A program made the translations under genes and the position numbers. A model generated the notes under the pieces. That model had not been told where the DNA came from, searched no databases, and saw nothing but the letters and a program-made list of their open reading frames with translations. This document shows, in pieces, positions 23,918-33,625 of a stretch of 33,625 nucleotides of DNA. Each line of letters starts with the position of its first letter. The stretch's first letter is position 1. Origin of the DNA: Dehalococcoides mccartyi (GTDB lineage Bacteria; Chloroflexota; Dehalococcoidia; UBA2979); the NCBI GenBank assembly GCA_945888895.1, contig CAMDAY010000003.1:1-33625 (forward strand), read 5' to 3'.

Positions 23918-24706
23918 CTACCTCAGTCCGAGGACATCCAGTAGCTCGCTGAGGCTTGCGATCTCGACGTCGGGGTGGTGCTCGTCATCGGCGGGCGTGC
24001 CGCCTCGGTTGATCCACGCCGACTGCCAGCCAGCCGCGCGCGCACCGGCGATGTCCTGCGATCGCATGTCGCCCACGTGCAGCGCACTCGCCGCGGCGAA
24101 GATGTCGAGGGGTGCCGACAGCGCGTGCGCGAAGATCGCAGGGTCGGGCTTCACGAGGCCGACCTCCTCGGACACGACCACGCGGTGGAACCACTTCTCA
24201 AGGTCATGCGTGTCGATCTTCATGCGCTGGTGCGTGGTATTGCCGTTCGTCAGCAACACCAGCGGATAGCGGCGCTGCACGGTCTCGAGGACATCGAGTG
24301 AGTCTTCGAACAGGCGCATCATCGCGGGCCACGTCGCCTCGTACTCCTCGTAGGCGGCGTCGGCTGCGGTGTGATCCGTGATGGCGTGACGGTCGAGGAG
24401 GATGCGCCAGCCGTCGCGCACGTAGTCCGGGCTCCACTCGCCGCGCACGCGTTCCCAGAGCTCAAGGAGGGTCGGCTGGAAGACGTGGTCGTGCACGTGC
24501 GCGGAGTCGCCCAGCGCGTGCAACGCCGGATAGCGCTCCGCCAGCCGCGCGAACGGCGCCGCGAACCCATCGCGCCAGGCGGTCCGTGAGTCGATCAGCG
24601 TGCCGTCGAGGTCGAACGACACCACCTCGATGCGCGCGACGTCGAGGCCACGTGGCACGAGCGCCGCGTGCGGCGCGTCGGGTGTGCTATCGGGCGTCGT
24701 CGTCAT
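23918..24706 (-). CDS. HAD-superfamily hydrolase (YjjG/YigB-like)
   Basis: FDLDGTL, LLTNG, KPDPAIF and HVGD...DIAGA motifs. Start is 24706 or 24718. Confidence 0.9.
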   Translation of the reverse strand: MTTTPDSTPDAPHAALVPRGLDVARIEVVSFDLDGTLIDSRTAWRDGFAAPFARLAERYPALHALGDSAHVHDHVFQPTLLELWERVRGEWSPDYVRDGWRILLDRHAITDHTAADAAYEEYEATWPAMMRLFEDSLDVLETVQRRYPLVLLTNGNTTHQRMKIDTHDLEKWFHRVVVSEEVGLVKPDPAIFAHALSAPLDIFAAASALHVGDMRSQDIAGARAAGWQSAWINRGGTPADDEHHPDVEIASLSELLDVLGLR

Positions 24707-25031
24707 CCTCGGGCTCATCGTCTTCGAGATCGTCGTCGTCGAAGTCCGCGGCCTCGTCCTCCGAGTAGGTGCCGAACTCCGTGCCGCGCCACACCGTCAC
24801 CACGAAGTCCTCGCGGTACTCGTCCGCCGTCGAGACGAGACGCGAGTCGATGTCCGCGATCAGGTCTTCGACCTCGCCCTCCGGGACGGACGTGTGCACG
24901 ACGAGCGTGCCGTACACCTTCGCGCCGGTGAAGTGCAGGTCGACGCGCCCGATCGCGCTGGTGTCGCTCTCGATGCGCCACTGCTCGGACTGCGGGGTGC
25001 GCGCGAGGCGCTCGAAGTGGTAGGCAGGCAT
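24687..25031 (-). CDS. Acidic hypothetical protein (114 aa)
   Basis: Co-oriented between proA and the HAD gene, good codon usage, Asp/Glu-rich tail. Confidence 0.75.
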   Translation of the reverse strand: MPAYHFERLARTPQSEQWRIESDTSAIGRVDLHFTGAKVYGTLVVHTSVPEGEVEDLIADIDSRLVSTADEYREDFVVTVWRGTEFGTYSEDEAADFDDDDLEDDEPEDDDDAR

Positions 25032-25082
25032 GGTTCGGCTCGCTTTGCTCGCGGAGGCGGGTGGGTGCAGTCGAGTCGTGCT

Positions 25083-26369
25083 CTAGCGGGTCTGCCCCGT
25101 GCCGAGAACGATCCACTTGTACGAGGTCAGTTCCTTCAGGCCCATCGGCCCCCGCGCGTGCATCTTCTGCGTGGAGATGCCGACCTCCACGCCGAGGCCG
25201 AACTGCGCTCCGTCGTTGAAGTATGTCGATGCGTTGACGAACACGGCGGCCGCGTCCACGTCACGCTGGAAGCGCTGCGACGAGGTCCACGAATCCGTGA
25301 TGATCGCCTCGGAGTGCCCGCTGCCGTGCGCCTCGATGTGCTCGATCGCACCGTCGAGGTCGTCGACGATGCGCAGGGAGCAGTCGAGCGACAGCCACTC
25401 GCGGTCGTAGTCCTCGGGCTGCACGGCGACGGCCTCGGCGCCACGCACCAGCGGCAGTGCGCGCTCGTCGGCGTGGACCGTCACGCCCTTCGCGCCGAGC
25501 GCCTCCGTCATCATCGGCACGAAGCGGCCCGCGACGGACGCGTGGACGAGCAGCGTGTCCATCGCGTTGCACACGGACGGGCGCACGGTCTTCGCGTTGA
25601 TCACGATGTTGCGCGCCATGTCGAGGTCGGCGTCCGCATCGACGAAGGTGTGGCACACGCCGATGCCGCCGGCGACGACGGGCATGGTCGCCTCCTCCTG
25701 CACGCGGCGGATCAGGTCCGCGCCACCTCGAGGCACCATGAGGTCAACGAGCGCGCCCGCGCCGAGCAGCGCGCCGACCTCCGCGCGGTCGGTGGAGTCG
25801 ATGAACTGTACGAGGCCCTCGGGCAGCCCGGCGGCGGTGCACTCGCGCGCGATGATCTCGGCGAACACGGCGGAGGTTGCGTGCGCGTCCGATCCGGAGC
25901 GCAGCACCACGGCGTTGCTCGACTTGATGCACACGGCGGCGATGTCCACGGTGACGTTGGGGCGCGACTCGTAGATCGTCGCGATCACGCCGAGCGGGAC
26001 GCGGATGCGGCCGATCTGAAGGCCGTTCGGGCGGGTCACCATCTCCTCGGTCACACCGATGGGGTCAGGCAGCGCGGCGACGGCGCGCGTGTCGTTCGCG
26101 ATCGCCTGCAGGCGCGCCTCGGTCAGCTCCATGCGGTCGATGAACGCCGCCATGATCCCGTTCGCGCGGCCGCGCTCGACCTCCGGCCCGTTGACCGCGA
26201 GGATGCGCGGCGTCTCCGTCGCGATGGCATCGGCGATGCGGCGCAGCGCGTCGTTCTTCTGCGTCGTGCTGACGGCGGACATCCGGCGGCTGGCCGCGCG
26301 GGCGAGCTTCGCCTTGCGGGTCGCCTCGGACTCGGCGGTGTCGGTGGCGCGGTCAATCGTCGTGGTCAT
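25083..26369 (-). CDS. proA: Gamma-glutamyl phosphate reductase
   Basis: RVPLGVIATIYESRPNVT, PRGG, PSVCNAMDTLLVH, GSGHSEAI and GISTQKMHARGPMGL motifs; GAGGA SD. Confidence 0.97.
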   Translation of the reverse strand: MTTTIDRATDTAESEATRKAKLARAASRRMSAVSTTQKNDALRRIADAIATETPRILAVNGPEVERGRANGIMAAFIDRMELTEARLQAIANDTRAVAALPDPIGVTEEMVTRPNGLQIGRIRVPLGVIATIYESRPNVTVDIAAVCIKSSNAVVLRSGSDAHATSAVFAEIIARECTAAGLPEGLVQFIDSTDRAEVGALLGAGALVDLMVPRGGADLIRRVQEEATMPVVAGGIGVCHTFVDADADLDMARNIVINAKTVRPSVCNAMDTLLVHASVAGRFVPMMTEALGAKGVTVHADERALPLVRGAEAVAVQPEDYDREWLSLDCSLRIVDDLDGAIEHIEAHGSGHSEAIITDSWTSSQRFQRDVDAAAVFVNASTYFNDGAQFGLGVEVGISTQKMHARGPMGLKELTSYKWIVLGTGQTR

Positions 26370-26474
26370 CGAACGTTCCTCTGCTTGAGTCCGGGAGTGG
26401 CTGAGGCGTCCCGCGACCTCCGGAGGGCCGGGCGGGGTATTCCCCGCATGAGGCCCGCAAGAGAGGTATCAAGA

Positions 26475-27647
26475 TTACACGAGGACGAGATTGTTCCGGT
26501 GAATCACCTCGGCGCCAAACTCGTAGCCGAGGATCTCGGCGATCTGGTCCGACTTCCTGCCGAGGATCTGAGCAACCTCGGTCGCCGAGTAGTTCGCCAT
26601 CCCGCTGGCCAGGTGGCGTCCCGCCGCAGTGACCACGTGCACCACGTCGCCTCGGACGAACGTGCCGTCGCAGGCGGTCACACCCGCCGGCAGGAGCGAG
26701 GAGCCCCCGCGCAGCAGCGCCCCCGCCGCGCCGTCGTCCACGACCACCGTCCCGCGCGCCTGGAGCCCGGACAGCAGGTACCGGCGACGGCTCTCGAGGC
26801 GGTCGCCCACCGGCAGGAAGTGGGTGCCGACCGGCTCGCCGGCCACGGCCCGCAGCACCACGTCACGCGCGCCGCCCTGCGCGATCACCACGTGCGCGCC
26901 GCCCTGCGTCGCGATGCGCGCGGCCTGCACCTTCGTCAGCATCCCGCCGGTGCCTCGCGCTCCGGCGCTGCCGCTGGCGGCGGCGAGGATCGTGTCGTCG
27001 ATGGCGACGACCTCCTCGATCAGGCGGGCGTCCGGGTCGCGATGCGGGTCGGCGGTGTACAGCCCGGCGATGTCCGAGAGGATCAGCAGCAGGTCGGCAT
27101 CCACGAGGTTCGCGACCTGCGCGGAGAGGTTGTCGTTGTCGCCGATCACCGTCAGCTCGCGCAGCTCTTCGACCGACACGACGTCGTTCTCGTTGACGAC
27201 CGGCACGACGCCGAGCTCGACGAGCTCGAGGAGCGTGTTGCGCGTGTTGAGGTAGCCGAGGCGGTCGGCCAGGTCGCGGCGTGTGAGCAGCGCCTGCGCG
27301 ATCGGCACGTTCTGCTGCTCGAACATCTGGTCCCACAGCGCCATCAGCCGCGACTGACCGATCGCGGCGAGCGCCTGCCTCGACTGGCCGTCGCGCGCGG
27401 CCAGCGCGCGGGCCTCGTGGTGCGCGCGCACGCGATGCCGCCCGGCAGCGACGGCGCCCGAGGTGACGACGATCGCCTGCACGCCCTTCGCCACGAGCGC
27501 CGCGATCTGCTCCGCGATGGCCGCGAGGGCGACCGTGTCGATCTGATCCGTACCCGACGTGAGCACGTTCGAGCCGATCTTCACCACAACGCGGCGGTAC
27601 GCGGTCTGCTGCGGCTGGAGGCGCTCTCCGCTGCTGTGTCCGATCAT
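26475..27647 (-). CDS. proB: Glutamate 5-kinase with PUA domain
   Basis: VVVKIGSNVL, VTSGAVAAG, PVVNENDVV, GDNDNLSA and GTGGMLTK motifs, plus a PUA domain ending IHRNNLV. Start ATG 27647 after GGGGAG. Confidence 0.96.
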   Translation of the reverse strand: MIGHSSGERLQPQQTAYRRVVVKIGSNVLTSGTDQIDTVALAAIAEQIAALVAKGVQAIVVTSGAVAAGRHRVRAHHEARALAARDGQSRQALAAIGQSRLMALWDQMFEQQNVPIAQALLTRRDLADRLGYLNTRNTLLELVELGVVPVVNENDVVSVEELRELTVIGDNDNLSAQVANLVDADLLLILSDIAGLYTADPHRDPDARLIEEVVAIDDTILAAASGSAGARGTGGMLTKVQAARIATQGGAHVVIAQGGARDVVLRAVAGEPVGTHFLPVGDRLESRRRYLLSGLQARGTVVVDDGAAGALLRGGSSLLPAGVTACDGTFVRGDVVHVVTAAGRHLASGMANYSATEVAQILGRKSDQIAEILGYEFGAEVIHRNNLVLV

Positions 27648-27725
27648 GGCGCGCTCCCCCCTCGGGAGCATTGGCGCGAAGGCGGCTACGATGGATGCAC
27701 GGGGGGCTCGCCGAGGAGGCCGACA

Positions 27726-28739
27726 CTGGCGCAGCCAGTCGAGATCGTGCGCCACTCCGTGCCCCACTGGCGAGTCCCGCTGGTGGTGCTCGGCCGTTCC
27801 GTGACCAACTTCATCGAGGACAGCGGCAACCAGATGGCCGCCGCGGTCTCGTACTACGCCCTCTTCTCGCTCTTCCCGCTCACCCTGCTGGCCGTCTCGA
27901 TCCTCGGCGTGCTGCTCCGCGACCCGGGCGTCCAGGACCAGGTGCTGCTCGGCATCATCGCGTTCCTGCCGATCCAGGATCAGAGTATCTCCAACTCGCT
28001 CCGCAACGTCGCGGACCTCGGCCCCACGCTCACCGTGGTCTCGGTCATCGGCTCGCTGTGGTCGGCTGGCGCGCTCTCGGCGGCGCTGCGCTCCTCGCTC
28101 AACGTGGTGTTCGAGGTGCACACCGGGCGGCCGTGGCTGCGCGCGAAGGCGGTGGACTACATGCTGCTGCCAGTGATCGGCCTCCCGCTGGTCGGCGGCA
28201 TCGCCCTCACCACCGCCTGGCGCATCGCGCAGGCCGAGTTCGGGCGGACGCTGGGGTTCATCGACAGCCCGATCTCGTTCTCGTTCTTCTGGAACGCCGG
28301 GGCGGTCGCGATCCCGTTCGTGCTGTCGTTCATCGCGTTCATGCTGACGTACTGGCTGCTCCCCAACACCCACCCGAAGTTCCGCTACCTCTGGCCCGGC
28401 GCGCTCTTCGCCGCCCTCGGGTTCGAGGCGCTGAAGGTGGGCTTCGCGGCCTACGTGGAGCACTTCGCGGCGTTCAACATCATCTACGGCTCGGTCGGGT
28501 CGGTGATCGTGCTGCTGTTCTGGGTCTACCTGACGGCGAACATCGTCATCTTCGGTGGCGAGATCGCCGCCGAGGTCCCCCACGTCCTCCACGGCGAAGC
28601 CCGCCACGGCACCAAGTCCGAGGGCAACTGGAAGCACTCCCTGCTCGCCATGCTCCGTGGCCTCGTCATGGCAGGCGAAGAGGAGACGGTCGACCCCACC
28701 CACCGCAAGCTCCCCCCGCACATCGGCGGCGGGAAGTAG
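27726..28739 (+). CDS. YihY/virulence factor BrkB family membrane protein
   Basis: MAAAVSYYALFSLFP, YWLLPN, WPGALFAA and IYGSVGSVIVLLFWVYL motifs. Start is uncertain: CTG 27726 behind GAGGAGG, or GTG 27747. Confidence 0.88.
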   Translation: MAQPVEIVRHSVPHWRVPLVVLGRSVTNFIEDSGNQMAAAVSYYALFSLFPLTLLAVSILGVLLRDPGVQDQVLLGIIAFLPIQDQSISNSLRNVADLGPTLTVVSVIGSLWSAGALSAALRSSLNVVFEVHTGRPWLRAKAVDYMLLPVIGLPLVGGIALTTAWRIAQAEFGRTLGFIDSPISFSFFWNAGAVAIPFVLSFIAFMLTYWLLPNTHPKFRYLWPGALFAALGFEALKVGFAAYVEHFAAFNIIYGSVGSVIVLLFWVYLTANIVIFGGEIAAEVPHVLHGEARHGTKSEGNWKHSLLAMLRGLVMAGEEETVDPTHRKLPPHIGGGK

Positions 28740-28788
28740 CGGCGAGCATGTTGCAGGCTCGGGCGCGGTGGCCGAGGATGAACGCGAC

Positions 28789-28833
28789 TTGAGATATTCA
28801 CCTTACAGGTGTACGATTCATCCTCGGGGTGAT
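28789..28833 (+). promoter_or_regulatory. higBA promoter with two related operator palindromes
   Basis: TTGAGA-N17-TACGAT. CACCT-tac-AGGTG lies in the spacer; the related TTCATC-N5-GGTGAT lies just downstream of the -10. Confidence 0.75.
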
Positions 28834-28835
28834 AC

Positions 28836-29129
28836 TTGGAAGTTGAGTTCCGCTCCCGGCGTCTGCGCCAACGGTATGAGCGATCCGCAGACGCGATCCG
28901 TGCGTGGGGCCCGGACGTCGGGCGCCGCTACGTGCAGCGAGTAGACGCGCTCGTTGCCGCGGATCGACTCCAGGATCTGTTCGAGGTTCGAGCGTTCGAT
29001 CTCCATCCGCTGACCGGGGACCGAGAGGGCCAACACGCCCTGAGACTCACCGGGCAAATGCGATTGATTCTGACAGTCGACGGTGACCGACGAGTCACCG
29101 TCGAGGAAGTGGTTGACTACCATGACTAG
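28836..29129 (+). CDS. higB: HigB-type toxin (RelE/ParE superfamily)
   Basis: TTG start, ..F..RRLRQRYE.., LHPLTGDREGQHALRLTGQMRLI..EEVVDYH; toxin-first gene order. Confidence 0.88.
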   Translation: MEVEFRSRRLRQRYERSADAIRAWGPDVGRRYVQRVDALVAADRLQDLFEVRAFDLHPLTGDREGQHALRLTGQMRLILTVDGDRRVTVEEVVDYHD

Positions 29130-29442
29130 CACGCGAACCGCTCGACCGGAGTCAGACCTGCTCATCCACCCCGGCGAGCTGCTCGCTGAAGAGCTCGAGA
29201 TACGCGGGCTGACTCAGCGGGAGTTGGCGACGGCCATGGAGCGTCCGGTTCAGGCGATCAACGAGATCGTGAAGGGCAAGAAGTCGATCACCGCTGAGAC
29301 CGCCGTCCAACTCGAGGATGCGCTCGGGATTCCCGCGCACCTCTGGCTGAACATGCAGAGCACGTTCGACCTGAGGCGTGCGCGCCAGGCTCGGCAGGCA
29401 CCCAACGACACGACGAAACGAGCCGCGCGGAAATCGGCCTGA
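29122..29442 (+). CDS. higA: HigA-type antitoxin (Xre HTH)
   Basis: IHPGELLAEELE..GLTQRELA..INEIVKGKKSITAETA..L..ALG....WLNMQ; ATG 29122 overlaps the toxin stop. Confidence 0.92.
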   Translation: MTSTRTARPESDLLIHPGELLAEELEIRGLTQRELATAMERPVQAINEIVKGKKSITAETAVQLEDALGIPAHLWLNMQSTFDLRRARQARQAPNDTTKRAARKSA

Positions 29443-29450
29443 CGTCCCCC

Positions 29451-32741
<3,291 letters not shown>

Positions 32742-32835
32742 CTGCACACTTCCTTCATCGGGCGAAGGCGGGGATACCCCGCCCGCCCGAACAGACCTGC
32801 GGGCACCGAGCCACGCAGTCCAGATCGCCGAGCAC

Positions 32836-33152
32836 AAAAAAGCGCTCGCCCACACACCACTTCTGGTGCGGGACGAGCGCTCGAAGATCGAACACCCGCG
32901 GTACCACCCGCGTTGCGTCGCGCCCCTGCTGTTGCAGGGTGCTCGACGCCGCTCACCGCGCGACGGAGGTTGCACCTCGATCGCGCTGCCCCTGGTAACG
33001 GTGGGCGCTCCGGCCGCGTCTACTCCCTCGATGGATCGAGGCTTCGGGCGGCAGCTCGGGAGTGATCTTCGTCTCGCGCGACCCGTACCCGACTTCCACC
33101 GTCTCGGGCTCGCTCTGCGGTCGCTGCGGGACTACTCGTCTCCGTCGTCGCT
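32836..33152 (-). ncRNA. T-box riboswitch with Ile (AUC) specifier and intrinsic terminator
   Basis: Minus strand shows AGUA box, GAGCGAG/GGUGGAA distal loops, GAAG-AUC-ACUCC specifier (33064-66), T-box CGGGUGGUACCGCG (about 32897-32910) and a terminator stem with UUUUUU (32836-41). Confidence 0.93.
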
Positions 33153-33180
33153 GTTGTCTGTGTCTGCTGTTGCTTCGGAC

Positions 33181-33210
33181 AGTCTAGGTCGCCCGCCGCC
33201 GGCCGATCAA
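33181..33210 (-). promoter_or_regulatory. Putative promoter for T-box/ileS
   Basis: Minus strand TTGATC-N18-TAGACT about 30 nt upstream of stem I. Confidence 0.55.
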
Positions 33211-33509
33211 TGCTGTGTCGGGGCGGGCCGTTCGAGGCGCTTCAGCGCCCACAGGTACCACCCCGAGTCGATGAGCACGAACGCCCAGCCGAGGTAGAAC
33301 GCCAGCGTGCGCGTCCCGGTGTCCTCGACGCTCGCCGCCGTGAACCACAGCGCCATCCCGATCAGCGTCAGCCCCTTGACTGGCCGACGAGGCCGCACGG
33401 GCGTCTCGGGACTGGCCCTGGCGAGCCGCCGCGACGTGATCAGGATGCTCACCCACAGCGCGACCAGGCTGACGATCAGCGCACCGTCGAGAATCGTCGA
33501 GGTGCCCAT
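33207..33509 (-). CDS. Small membrane protein (100 aa, about three TM segments)
   Basis: GGAGG SD before ATG 33509; three hydrophobic segments. Confidence 0.7.
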   Translation of the reverse strand: MGTSTILDGALIVSLVALWVSILITSRRLARASPETPVRPRRPVKGLTLIGMALWFTAASVEDTGTRTLAFYLGWAFVLIDSGWYLWALKRLERPAPTQH

Positions 33510-33556
33510 GGCCGATGCCTCCGCGCTGTTGCTGCTTGGCGCGCCCGCCCGGCGCG

Positions 33557-33625
33557 CTACGCGTCGTCGTCGATGTCGTCCGGGTCGGCGACGATCGCGC
33601 TGGCGACCGAGGTCACCTCGACGCG
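33557..33625 (-). CDS. C-terminal end of an unidentified gene (truncated by window edge)
   Basis: Open frame RVEVTSVASAIVADPDDIDDDA-TAG with typical GC3 usage. Confidence 0.5.
   Translation of the reverse strand, partial: RVEVTSVASAIVADPDDIDDDA

Overview
High-GC bacterial chromosomal segment, most likely Chloroflexota class Dehalococcoidia. This is inferred from rpoBC lying apart from rplJL, the lineage-type insertions in both polymerase subunits, a split transketolase and an AGAAC-N4-GTTCT LexA box. Most of the window is housekeeping: tandem MFS transporters, ispD-ispF-cysE-cysS, gdhA, a Nudix hydrolase, rpoB-rpoC, a GH-like lipoprotein, HU, glycerate kinase, split tkt, a HAD hydrolase, proBA, yihY, a higBA toxin-antitoxin pair and a T-box-controlled type-2 ileS. 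The most striking item is a 58-aa stand-alone protein resembling the six-cysteine zinc/redox tail of class II ribonucleotide reductase, expressed from a promoter carrying two LexA boxes. Other notable observations: a GIHH (swapped HIGH) IleRS2, an RpoB with Lys at the E. coli R529 position, a family of BoxC-like G/C-skewed repeats (two of which bracket a small gene), a clan GH-A lipoprotein apparently lacking its nucleophile, and two unexplained structured non-coding regions. All calls were made by eye; no searches were run.
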